In this document: positions 19,321 to 28,094 of the stretch, piece after piece | Layout: the number at the start of each line of letters is the position of its first letter | Position numbering within the stretch: position 1 is the stretch's first letter | NCBI GenBank assembly: GCA_038132575.1 | Contig: JAYPRP010000002.1 | Coordinates: forward strand, 6,802-70,801 | DNA length: 64,000 nt | Direction of reading: 5' to 3' | Source: Rhodospirillaceae bacterium | Lineage (GTDB): Bacteria > Pseudomonadota > Alphaproteobacteria > UBA6615 | Translations under genes and position numbers: made by a program | Notes under the pieces: model-generated | Seen by the model: only the letters and a program-made list of their open reading frames with translations | Told to the model about the DNA's origin: nothing | Database searches by the model: none

Positions 19321-21227
19321 TCATCGCGACCGCGGGCCATATCGATCACGGCAAGACCCTGCTCGTGAAATCGCTGACGGGCGTCGACGCCGACCGCCTG
19401 CCGGAAGAGAAAAAGCGCGGCATGACGCTCGATCTCGGCTTTGCGTACACCGACCTCGAGAACGGCGCGCGGCTCGGCTTCATCGACGTGCCGGGCCATG
19501 AACGCCTGGTCCACAACATGCTGGCGGGCGTGACCGGCATCGACTGCGCGCTGCTCGTGGTCGCGGCGGACGACGGCCCCATGCCCCAGACGCTCGAACA
19601 CCTGGCGATCCTCGATATCCTGGGCGTCTCGCGCGGGATGGTCGCGCTCACGAAGATCGACCGGGTGGACGCATCCCGCGTGGCCGAGGTCCGGGACGAG
19701 ATCGAACTGCTGATCTGTGAAACTTCGCTGGCGGGCGCGACGGTGTTCCCGGTCTCGGCGGTCACCGGCGACGGGATCGAGGCGCTGCGGGAAGAAATCG
19801 CCGACATGGCCGCGGTCACCGAGGCGCGCTCCGGCGCAGGGCATTTCCGCCTCGCCGTCGACCGGGTGTTCACCGTCGCAGGCGCCGGCCTGGTGGCGAC
19901 CGGCACCGCCTTCGCCGGCACGGTCTCCCGCGAGGACCGGCTGTGGATCGCGGGGCACGACGTGCAGGCGCGCGTCCGCGGCATTCACGCCAACAACACG
20001 GACAGCGAGACAGGCCGGGCCGGAGACCGGCTGGCGCTCAACCTCGCCGGGCTCGACAAGGACGACATCGCGCGCGGCGACTGGTTGGTGGCCGATTCCG
20101 GGCTCGGGCTCTACCGCAAGCTGGATGTCCGGCTGAACGTGGTCGCCGATGCCAAGAGGCCGCTGCGGCACTGGACCCCCGTCCATGTGCATCTCGGCGC
20201 GCGGAACGTCACCGGCCGGGTGGCGATCCTCGGCGCCGACAGCGCCGCGCCGGGGAGCAACGTACCGGCGCAGCTCGTGCTGGACGCGCCCGTCGGCGCG
20301 TGCGTGCGCGACCGGTTCGTCATTCGCGACCAGTCGGCACAGGTCACGCTCGGCGGCGGGCACGTAGTGGATCTGCATCCGCCGCGCCGGGGGCGCGCCA
20401 GGCCGGAACGCCTCGAGCTGCTCGACGCCCTCGACACGCCCGACGCCGAGACGGCACTTGCCAGCGCACTGGCCCGGTCCCCGACCGGCCTGTCGATCGC
20501 CGACTTCGCGGCGGAGCGCAACCTGACCGAGGCCGAGATGTCCGCCGCTCTTTCGGCGACCGGCGCGGCGTCGGCGGGAACCGGCGCGGATGCGCTTGCG
20601 ATCGCGCAAGACGCCTGGGCCGCGCGGCGCGAGGAGTTGCTCGCCGCCCTCGACCAGTTCCACACGCGCTACCCCGACCGGCTGGGGCCCGCCGCGGCAC
20701 AGCTGCGCAAGAGCGTCGGCCGGTTCATCCCGGAGACCCTGTTCGACGCGGTCAGCGCGAAGCTGGTCGCCGACGGCACCATGTCGAGCGACGGGATGCT
20801 GCTGCACCGCCCGGATCACCGGCCGGGCCTGACGGGCGACGACGCGAAGCGCTGGGAAGCGCTGCAGCCCTATCTGAACGAGACGCCGGCAAGCCCGCCG
20901 GTGGTGCATGACCTGGCCCAGGCCGCCGGCCTCCCGGTCAACGGCGTCGGCAAGACGCTGCGCCAGGCGGTGCGCATGGGGCTCGCCGTGCAGATTGCCG
21001 AGAACCGGTTCTTCCTGCCCGCAGCGCTGCGCGCGCACGCACGGACCTTCGAAGCGATGATCGCCGCCGACGGCAGCGTCGGTGTGTCGCCATTCCGCAA
21101 GGAAGCGGGAATCGGACGGAATCTCGCCGTCGAGTTACTGGAGTATTTCGATCGGGTCGGCCTGTCACAGCGCGACGGGAATGTTCGTCACCAGCTCCGG
21201 CCGGTCGAAGAAGTGTTCGGCGCCTAA
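19317..21227 (+). CDS. selB: Selenocysteine-specific translation elongation factor, 636 aa.
   Basis: N-terminus [22 protein letters not shown] with G-domain motifs DVPGHE and TKID. A long C-terminal extension is consistent with SECIS-binding winged-helix domains. Confidence 0.9.
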   Translation: MIIATAGHIDHGKTLLVKSLTGVDADRLPEEKKRGMTLDLGFAYTDLENGARLGFIDVPGHERLVHNMLAGVTGIDCALLVVAADDGPMPQTLEHLAILDILGVSRGMVALTKIDRVDASRVAEVRDEIELLICETSLAGATVFPVSAVTGDGIEALREEIADMAAVTEARSGAGHFRLAVDRVFTVAGAGLVATGTAFAGTVSREDRLWIAGHDVQARVRGIHANNTDSETGRAGDRLALNLAGLDKDDIARGDWLVADSGLGLYRKLDVRLNVVADAKRPLRHWTPVHVHLGARNVTGRVAILGADSAAPGSNVPAQLVLDAPVGACVRDRFVIRDQSAQVTLGGGHVVDLHPPRRGRARPERLELLDALDTPDAETALASALARSPTGLSIADFAAERNLTEAEMSAALSATGAASAGTGADALAIAQDAWAARREELLAALDQFHTRYPDRLGPAAAQLRKSVGRFIPETLFDAVSAKLVADGTMSSDGMLLHRPDHRPGLTGDDAKRWEALQPYLNETPASPPVVHDLAQAAGLPVNGVGKTLRQAVRMGLAVQIAENRFFLPAALRAHARTFEAMIAADGSVGVSPFRKEAGIGRNLAVELLEYFDRVGLSQRDGNVRHQLRPVEEVFGA

Positions 21228-21236
21228 GTCCGGGCT

Positions 21237-21854
21237 TCAGGGGCGCACGAAGGCGTAGCTGACCACCTGGCGGACGTTGTCGGTCGCGCGCACGGTGGCA
21301 ATCGCCTTCTCGAGCTCCTCCCGGGAGCGCGCGCGGCCCATCAGATAGACGGTGCCGAAGGAATCCGCAGCCGTGCGGAAGTTCACGTCGGCGACCCCCC
21401 GGGTCGACACCATCTCGATATCGACCTTGGTTTCCAGTACCAGGACATCGTCCCAGCCCAGGAGCTCATCCTTCCGGCGTTCACGCTCTTCATCGGTGAG
21501 CACATGGGCGTGCCAGAAGAGCTCCTTCACGCCCTCGACCTGCTTCACCTTGTCGTGGAAGGCGTCGTGGGTCGCCTGGTCGGAGAAGATGCCGGTGATC
21601 AGGAGCTTCTGTTCGTAGATCTCGGTCGAGGCCTTGATCGTCCCGACGTCGGCCATGGTGGCATTCACGTCGATGACGATGCGGTTGTCCTTGGCGATGT
21701 CCGCCGCGCTGCGCGCCTCGATCGCGCGGTCGATGAGGGTCTTCGGCGCCTTCAGGATGTCGCCGAGCTGCGCGCCCGAGGGCTGCACGGTCATCGCGAG
21801 AGCGGGTGCGGCAAGCAACGCCGCCACCGTGGCCTTCTGAAAACGCATGAGCAT
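21237..21854 (-). CDS. BON-domain (OsmY-like) periplasmic protein, 205 aa.
   Basis: Start MLMRFQKATVAALLAAPALA (signal peptide, AAAGGA RBS). Two BON-like repeats. Confidence 0.6.
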   Translation of the reverse strand: MLMRFQKATVAALLAAPALAMTVQPSGAQLGDILKAPKTLIDRAIEARSAADIAKDNRIVIDVNATMADVGTIKASTEIYEQKLLITGIFSDQATHDAFHDKVKQVEGVKELFWHAHVLTDEERERRKDELLGWDDVLVLETKVDIEMVSTRGVADVNFRTAADSFGTVYLMGRARSREELEKAIATVRATDNVRQVVSYAFVRP

Positions 21855-22230
21855 TCCTTTCGGTCGTGTCCCCGGTCTGCCCATCATTGGTTTTCTCCTC
21901 GCATTCGATCCCCTTAGCTGCCCGCGGCCCGTGTCGCCCCGAACCTCCCTGCCCTATCGTGTGCGCCGAGAACGGGTCAATGTCAGAGCGCGTCGTCCGG
22001 CGGTAGGCCGCCGGCCCGCAACGCGCCACACCGTCTATCTAGTGCGTGAATGTGGCGGATGTGAGGAGCTTTCGGGAGCGATTGGAGACCGCGCGGCGGC
22101 TGGAACACAGGCGAACACCGCCTTCGGTATCTCACTCGGCTCACTCACAGCCGGCTCCCCGTCAGCGCTTGCGTGGAGAAGTCTAACATCGGACACTCGC
22201 GGACCTTACCAACGGCTTCGGGTCGATGCG

Positions 22231-23112
22231 ATGCAACCCCTGACGATCGGTGCCTTCTCCGTGCAGTCGGTGAACGAGGCGACCGGCGCCTATATCACCC
22301 CGGCGGACATGTTCCCCACGGCGACGCCCGAGGCCGTATCGGAACATCTCGACTGGATGGCGCCGACCTACTTCGACATCGCCAGCGGCAAACTGAAGCT
22401 CACCTTCCAGAGCTTCATTCTCCAGACCCCGAACCACAACATCCTGATCGACACCTGCGTCGGCGAGGACAAGGAGCGCGCAAATCCCGACTTCCACATG
22501 AAGAAGTGGCCGTGGATGGACAACCTCGCGGCCCTGGGCCTGACGCCCGCAGATATCGATATCGTCATGTGCACCCACCTGCACCCGGATCATGTGGGCT
22601 GGAACACCCAGCTCGTGGACGGGCGCTGGGTCCCGACGTTTCCGAACGCGAAGTATGTCTTCGCGCGCGACGAGTACGCCCACTGGGAGGCGGAAAGCAC
22701 GGCGGGCGCGGAACGCGTCGGCCTCACCTTCATCGACAGCGTGCTGCCCGTCATGGAAGCCGGCCAGGCGGTGCTGGTCGATCATGACCACGAGATCGAG
22801 ACCGGCGTCTGGCTCGAGCCGACCCCGGGTCACTCGCCGGGCCATGTAATCGTGAACGTCGAGTCCGACGGCGAACGCGGGGCCTTCATCGGCGATTTGA
22901 TGCACCACCCGATCCAGGTACCGTACCCGGAATGGAGCACCTGTTTCTGCTGGGACATGGAGATGTCGGCAGCGAGCCGCAGCAAGTTCGTCGATGCCCA
23001 GACCGACAGCGGCAACCTTGTGCTGCCGGTCCATTTCGCGGGTGCGACCGCCGGGCATATCGTCGCGGCGGGCGACACCCGCACCTTCAAGTTCCTCGAC
23101 ACCACCAACTGA
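22231..23112 (+). CDS. MBL-fold metallo-hydrolase (lactonase-like), 293 aa.
   Basis: Internal start MQPLTIGAF of track ORF 21847..23112. HLHPDH (HxHxDH) metal-binding motif. The start is uncertain (weak RBS). Confidence 0.65.
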   Translation: MQPLTIGAFSVQSVNEATGAYITPADMFPTATPEAVSEHLDWMAPTYFDIASGKLKLTFQSFILQTPNHNILIDTCVGEDKERANPDFHMKKWPWMDNLAALGLTPADIDIVMCTHLHPDHVGWNTQLVDGRWVPTFPNAKYVFARDEYAHWEAESTAGAERVGLTFIDSVLPVMEAGQAVLVDHDHEIETGVWLEPTPGHSPGHVIVNVESDGERGAFIGDLMHHPIQVPYPEWSTCFCWDMEMSAASRSKFVDAQTDSGNLVLPVHFAGATAGHIVAAGDTRTFKFLDTTN

Positions 23113-23121
23113 GAAAATTCC

Positions 23122-23919
23122 ATGACCATCACCGTGATCCAGACCCTCGACGTGGAGCCCGAACGCATGGAGGAGCGGGACGGCTGGGCAATCTCGGAGT
23201 TCCGGCTGCCGATCACCGGCGAGACCGGGAGCGCGACGACGGTGTTCCACTCGATCTTCCGGCCGGGCTCGACCCACGCCAAGCATCTGCACGAGGTGAG
23301 CGACGAGATCGCGGTGTACCTGTCGGGCCACGGCGTCGTCGGCCAGGGCGAGAGCCGGGCCGTGGTGACCGCCGGGCACTGCCGGCTGATGCCGAAGGGC
23401 TCGGAGCATTTCTTCTATAACGAGACGACCGACGAGGATGCGAAGGTTATCGGCTTCTACATGAATGCGCCGAGCGTCGCGGGCACCGGCTACCAATTCT
23501 GCGGAACGGTGAGCGACGACGACCTGACGCGCGACCGTGACGGCCTCAACGAGGGCATTCTCGTGCGGCTGGAGGAGACCGCGGCACCGGGTGACGGCGT
23601 TCCCGAGGCGTGGCGCGATGCGGCGTTGAAGGCACCCATCGGCGCCCACAACGGCAGCGAGAATTCGCTGGTCCACGCCGCGCTCGCCCCCGGCGCGAAA
23701 ATCGCCGAACACGCGCTGGCCGGGGCCGAGGCGATCTACTACATCGTATCGGGGACCGGGCTGGCCGTGGATGGGGACGGCGAGTCGGCCATCGCGGCCG
23801 ACAGCTTCGTGTTCGTGCCGCGCGGCGCAAGCCACGCGATCCGCAACACCGGCACGGCGGCGCTGGAACTCTATATTGTGCTGACCGGCGCGGGCAGCCT
23901 GGCCGCGGCCGCCGGCTAG
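23122..23919 (+). CDS. Bicupin protein (two cupin domains), 265 aa.
   Basis: Two cupin motif sets (HAKHLHEVSDEIAVYLSGHG and AEHALAGAEAIYYIVSGTG). Confidence 0.6.
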   Translation: MTITVIQTLDVEPERMEERDGWAISEFRLPITGETGSATTVFHSIFRPGSTHAKHLHEVSDEIAVYLSGHGVVGQGESRAVVTAGHCRLMPKGSEHFFYNETTDEDAKVIGFYMNAPSVAGTGYQFCGTVSDDDLTRDRDGLNEGILVRLEETAAPGDGVPEAWRDAALKAPIGAHNGSENSLVHAALAPGAKIAEHALAGAEAIYYIVSGTGLAVDGDGESAIAADSFVFVPRGASHAIRNTGTAALELYIVLTGAGSLAAAAG

Positions 23920-23923
23920 ATAC

Positions 23924-24274
23924 CTAGGCCTTGCTGCGGGTCATCCCGGCCATGCCGCCGATCACGAGCGCCAGCGCATAGCCGAACGGCAGCATCATCA
24001 CGGTCGAAAGGAGCGGCTTCCAGACGAGCACGAAGGGCTCGGGACCGCCGCGCATCACGAAGAGGATGATCGTGACCGCCGCCGCGATGAGAGCGCCGAC
24101 ATAGGCTTCGCGGTGCAGATCGCTGTACCCCTCGAGCCGCCCCGACTTGTGCGAGGTATCCTCGCTCGGGAACACGATCGTGAGCGCAAGGGTTGCGACG
24201 ATCATGACCACCAGCGGCACCACGAACAGAATCAGGTTATCGGGATTGGCGAAAAACTTGGCGACAACTTCCAT
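23924..24274 (-). CDS. Small integral membrane protein, hypothetical, about 116 aa.
   Basis: Start MEVVAKFFANPDN with a GGGGAG RBS. Three to four hydrophobic helices. Confidence 0.45.
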   Translation of the reverse strand: MEVVAKFFANPDNLILFVVPLVVMIVATLALTIVFPSEDTSHKSGRLEGYSDLHREAYVGALIAAAVTIILFVMRGGPEPFVLVWKPLLSTVMMLPFGYALALVIGGMAGMTRSKA

Positions 24275-24300
24275 GACGGCTCCCCTGCCCATACCTCGTC

Positions 24301-24317
24301 GCGTTTCCAAGAAACGC
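24301..24317. promoter_or_regulatory. Perfect palindrome GCGTTTC-caa-GAAACGC in the divergent promoter region between the membrane-protein gene and the redoxin selenoprotein gene.
   Basis: 7-bp inverted repeat with a 3-bp spacer, read directly. Confidence 0.35.
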
Positions 24318-24455
24318 TTGTATACCACTTACAATGCCAGCGTGTGGGGGACAAGCCCAAGCACAATCCGATGATTGCGGCGCATCGCGTTAGGGTGCAC
24401 CATAACTCCGCAATCCGCGCCGGTTTCGGCGCATTTCTCCAGCAAAGGAAGCAAC

Positions 24456-24929
24456 ATGTCAGAGAAACTCGGCATCGGCTCGGCCTTCCCGAAACTGACG
24501 GTTGATCTCGTCGGCGGCGGAACGCTCAGCCTGCCCGATGACCTAGACGCACGGTACCGGGTCATCCTCTTCTACCGTGGCCACTGGTGACCCTACTGTC
24601 GCCGTCAGTTGGTCGGCTTTGCAGAATTGAAAGACGAGTTCGACAAGCTCGGCGCCCAGGTATTCGCCGCCAGCGTCGATCCCGTCGATAAGGCCCAGGA
24701 AGTCGCCGATGAGGTGAACTTCCCCGTCGGACACAGCGTATCCCGGGACATCGCCAACGCGCTCGGCTCCTACTGGGAGGACCGGCGCCGGATCATCCAG
24801 CCTTCGGAATTCATCGTCGGTGCCGACGGCAACGTCGCCGCCTGTTCGTACAGCGACGGCCCGCTGGGCCGGATCGATGCGGCGGACGTCCTCAAGATGG
24901 TGAATTTCTACGATTCCCAGAACAAGTAG
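24456..24929 (+). CDS. Candidate selenoprotein: thioredoxin-fold redoxin (AhpC/TSA/Prx-like) with W-U-P-Y-C active site. TGA at 24588..24590. About 157 aa.
   Basis: Start MSEKLGIGSAFPKL after an AAAGGAAG RBS. Track ORFs 24375..24590 and 24609..24929 share a frame. Read-through: ...RVILFYRGHW-TGA-PYCRRQLVGFAELKDEFDKLGAQVF.... TGA sits at the first Cys of a CxxC motif. Confidence 0.6.
24601..24617 (+). other. Candidate SECIS hairpin GCCG-ucaguuggu-CGGC beginning 10 nt after the UGA of the redoxin gene.
   Basis: Short stem with a G-containing apical loop at the expected spacing. Weak on its own. Confidence 0.25.
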
Positions 24930-24956
24930 GCCGGCACACGCCGGGATAGAAACGAA

Positions 24957-24988
24957 CGCCGCACCGGCCCGCCGGTGCGGCGTTTTTT
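24957..24988 (+). terminator. Rho-independent terminator CGCCGCACCGG-cccg-CCGGTGCGGCG followed by TTTTTT.
   Basis: Perfect 11-bp stem plus T6 tract, 28 nt after the redoxin stop. Confidence 0.8.
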
Positions 24989-25071
24989 CGTACCTGCGAA
25001 ACCAGGACATTTACGCATCCCCGATGGGGGGCTAAGCTCTCAGGAGAACACGGTTCGGGAGGAACAATATA

Positions 25072-25464
25072 ATGATCGCCTATGACCTCAAGGTCGAAGA
25101 GGAATGGAATCCCCAGCGCCACGTCGAGAAAATTCTCGACACGGTGGAGAACGGGGATGTCACCGTCGCCTGCTGGGAGCCGGGACAGGTGAGCCCGAAC
25201 CACTGCCACCCCAACGCGACGGAGATCTACTTCTGCTTCGAGGGTGGCGGCGTGATGCGCACGCCCGACCAGACGATCGACGTCAAGCCGGGTGCCTTCA
25301 TCGTGCACCCCCCGGGCGAACTCCACGAGTATGAGAACGGCCCGCAACGCTCGCTCCTGTTCCGGGTGCGCTACGGCGGCGACTTCTCGACCCGGATCAA
25401 GGACTGGCCCAGCCAGCCCGACTTCGAACGCAGCGACGACGACCGGGCCTACTATCCGGACTGA
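25072..25464 (+). CDS. Cupin domain protein, 130 aa.
   Basis: GGAGGAA RBS. Cupin metal-binding motifs NHCHPNATEIYFCFEGGG. Confidence 0.6.
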   Translation: MIAYDLKVEEEWNPQRHVEKILDTVENGDVTVACWEPGQVSPNHCHPNATEIYFCFEGGGVMRTPDQTIDVKPGAFIVHPPGELHEYENGPQRSLLFRVRYGGDFSTRIKDWPSQPDFERSDDDRAYYPD

Positions 25465-25623
25465 CCAATCGAGGGAGGAATCATACCTGTCCGCAACCCG
25501 AAGCTCGTTGGCATTCTCGCGGCAGCCATAAGCCGAATTTGAGAAAGGCATTCATGAGACTTCGTAAGGCCGGTGTCGGTCCCGCGGCTTGCCCTGCTCT
25601 GCCATCTCGCCGACAATGAAGGT

Positions 25624-25719
25624 GGAGGAGGACCGTTCCCCGGTGGGGCGCCCGGTCTTCAAAACCGGTGAGGGGCGTTAGACGTGCCTGGTGGGTTCGA
25701 CTCCCACCCTCTTCCGCCA
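25624..25719 (+). tRNA. selC: tRNA-Sec (anticodon UCA), 96 nt including encoded CCA.
   Basis: 8-bp acceptor stem GGAGGAGG/CCTCTTCC (one G-U pair). 6-bp D-stem. Anticodon stem CCGGT/ACCGG with loop CTTCAAA (anticodon TCA). Long variable arm. 5-bp T-stem GTGGG/CCCAC with TTCGACT loop. Discriminator G, then CCA. The 8/5 architecture is diagnostic of bacterial tRNA-Sec. Confidence 0.85.
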
Positions 25720-25812
25720 GTTTTCACGCACCCAAGCGCGATCCGGGAAAGACACCCGCCGCCCGGTGTTGATGTTCGCGCGGATGCGAAGCCCGGCAGT
25801 CCCTGAGAGCGC

Positions 25813-28035
25813 ATGACCCCGACCGTCCCGATCACACATGATATTGTCCTGATCGGCGGCGGCCATAGCCATGTGGCCGTCCTCAAGCGGTTCGGCATGA
25901 AGCCCGAGCCCGGGATCCGGCTGACTCTGATCACCCGGGACCTGCTGACACCCTATTCGGGCATGATCCCCGGCTACATCGCCAACCATTACAGCGCGGC
26001 CGAGGCGCATATTGACCTGCGCCCCCTCGCCGCCTTCGCCAACGCCCGGATCATCCACGCGGCGGCGACGGGGCTGGATCTGCAAAACAACTATGTCCAG
26101 GTCGCCGGCCGCCCGTCCGTGGCGTTCGATCTCGTCTCCGTCGACACCGGCTCGACCCCGTCAACGGCAGACATCGTCGGCGCCGGACACGGGTTGCCGG
26201 TGAAACCCATCGACCGCTTCCTTGAAACGTATCACCGCCTGACCGACGAGATCAGGAACCATCGTGGCCCGTTCCACATCACCATTGCGGGTGGCGGCGC
26301 GGGCGGGGTCGAGCTCGCGCTCGCGCTGCGCCACCGGCTGGGGCTGGCGGCACCGGGCCTCGGTAAGCGCCCCGGCGATCTCCGCTTCGCCATCGTCGAG
26401 GCCGCCGATACGCTCTTGCCCGGCTACAACAGGGCGGCCCGCCGCAAGCTCGCCCGCGCGCTCGCGGACCGCGGGATCGCCGTGCAAACCGGCGCGGGCG
26501 TGACACAGGTCGGGCCGGATACGGTGACCCTCGCCGACGGCGGCGTGCTTGACAGTGACAGAACGATCCTGGTGACCTCGGCCGGACCGCCCCACTGGCT
26601 CGCGGACAGCGATGTGGCGCGCGACGACCGCGGCTTCGTGCGGGTCGATGCGACGCTCCGCTCGCCGTCGCATCCGCAACTCTTCGCCACCGGCGACGCC
26701 GCCTCGATGGACGGGCACGCGCTGCCGAAGGCGGGGGTCTATGCCGTCCGCCAGGGGCCTTACCTGGCCGAGAACCTGGGCCGCGCGGCGCGGGGCCGGC
26801 CGCTGCGCAGCTACCGGCCGCAGGGCCAGACCCTGGCGCTCATCACCACGGGCGACAGGTTCGCCATCGCCGCACGCGGCTCGCTCTCCGTTCAGGGCGC
26901 CTGGGTGTGGCGCTGGAAGGACTGGATCGACCGACGCTGGATGCGCAAATACCAGGAGCTGCCGGACATGGATGCGGGCGACGGCGCGGACGGCGACGCA
27001 ACGCTCGAGGCCATGCGCTGTGGGGGCTGCGGCGCCAAGGTGCCGGCCCCGGTGCTCCGCCGCGCGCTCGACCGTTTGCCGCCGCAGGAAATCGAGGGCC
27101 TCGACCAGGGGCTGGATTCACCCGACGACGCAGCGGTCCTCACCCCGCCGCCGGGCAAGGCACTAATCCAGACCGTCGACCAGTTCCGCGCCTTCATCGA
27201 CGATCCCTATCTCTTCGGACGCATCGCGGCCAACCACTGCCTGGGCGATATCTTCGCAATGGGCGCCGAGGCCCATTCAGCACTGGCCGCGGTGATGCTG
27301 CCCCACGGCGAGGACGCGAAGACGTCCGACGATCTCTACCAGCTGCTCGCGGGTGCGACCGAGACCCTTGCAGAGGCCGGCGCGGTTCTCGCCGGCGGCC
27401 ACACCGGCGAGGGTGCGGAGATGGCCTTCGGCCTGACGGTCAACGGCTATGCCGATCCGGACACCATCCTGCGCAAGGGCGGGCTCGCGCCCGGCGACGC
27501 CCTAATCCTCACCAAGCCGCTCGGCACGGGCGTCCTGTTCGCCGCCGACATGCGTGCCAAGGCGGGCGGCGACCATGTGACGGCGGCGTTCGCCTCCATG
27601 CAGCGCTCGCTCGCGCTGGCGATCCCGGTGGTCCGGGACCATGGCGCGCACGCCGCCACCGATGTCACCGGCTTCGGGCTGGCGGGGCACCTGCTGGAGA
27701 TGCTCAACGCATCGGGCGTCGATGCCGAGCTCGAGCTCAACGCGCTGCCGGTCCTGCCGGGCATCGCCGCGCTGGTGGCCGCCGGCCATGAGAGCACGCT
27801 CCGGCCCGGCAACGAGGAGGCGGTCGGCAACGCCGCGCCCGTCTCAGCGCACCCGAACTTCCCGCTGCTGTTCGATCCGCAGACCGCGGGCGGGCTTCTC
27901 GTTGGCGTCCCGAGCGAACGGGCCGAGGCCTGCCTTGACGCGCTCCGCGCCGGCCCCGCGCCGGACGCGACGATTATCGGGCAAGTCACTGCAAGGATGG
28001 GCGACGTCTGCGTGCTGCGCTACGCCGAAACCTGA
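25813..28035 (+). CDS. selD: Bifunctional protein: N-terminal FAD-dependent pyridine-nucleotide-disulfide (NADH dehydrogenase-like) oxidoreductase domain fused to selenide, water dikinase, 740 aa. Cys-type active site.
   Basis: N-terminus DIVLIGGGHSHVAVLK (Rossmann FAD motif) and a second GGGAGGVELA nucleotide-binding motif. C-terminal half has SelD hallmarks: MRCGGCGAKV (catalytic Cys, not Sec) and an AIR-synthase-like fold. Confidence 0.85.
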   Translation: MTPTVPITHDIVLIGGGHSHVAVLKRFGMKPEPGIRLTLITRDLLTPYSGMIPGYIANHYSAAEAHIDLRPLAAFANARIIHAAATGLDLQNNYVQVAGRPSVAFDLVSVDTGSTPSTADIVGAGHGLPVKPIDRFLETYHRLTDEIRNHRGPFHITIAGGGAGGVELALALRHRLGLAAPGLGKRPGDLRFAIVEAADTLLPGYNRAARRKLARALADRGIAVQTGAGVTQVGPDTVTLADGGVLDSDRTILVTSAGPPHWLADSDVARDDRGFVRVDATLRSPSHPQLFATGDAASMDGHALPKAGVYAVRQGPYLAENLGRAARGRPLRSYRPQGQTLALITTGDRFAIAARGSLSVQGAWVWRWKDWIDRRWMRKYQELPDMDAGDGADGDATLEAMRCGGCGAKVPAPVLRRALDRLPPQEIEGLDQGLDSPDDAAVLTPPPGKALIQTVDQFRAFIDDPYLFGRIAANHCLGDIFAMGAEAHSALAAVMLPHGEDAKTSDDLYQLLAGATETLAEAGAVLAGGHTGEGAEMAFGLTVNGYADPDTILRKGGLAPGDALILTKPLGTGVLFAADMRAKAGGDHVTAAFASMQRSLALAIPVVRDHGAHAATDVTGFGLAGHLLEMLNASGVDAELELNALPVLPGIAALVAAGHESTLRPGNEEAVGNAAPVSAHPNFPLLFDPQTAGGLLVGVPSERAEACLDALRAGPAPDATIIGQVTARMGDVCVLRYAET

Positions 28036-28048
28036 CGGCCCGAAACGA

Positions 28049-28074
28049 AAGGCCCTCCCTGACGGGAGGGCCTT
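28049..28074. terminator. Bidirectional terminator hairpin AAGGCCCTCCC-tgac-GGGAGGGCCTT between convergent selD and the grdB-like gene.
   Basis: Perfect 11-bp stem, 14 nt after the selD stop. Confidence 0.6.
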
Positions 28075-28094
28075 CGCGTCAAAGCTGTGTGTAA

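Noticed and set aside
25813-28035. SelD itself being a selenoprotein (U in the active site).
   Set aside because: The catalytic position reads Cys (RCGGCGAKV) with no in-frame TGA, so it is a Cys-type SelD.
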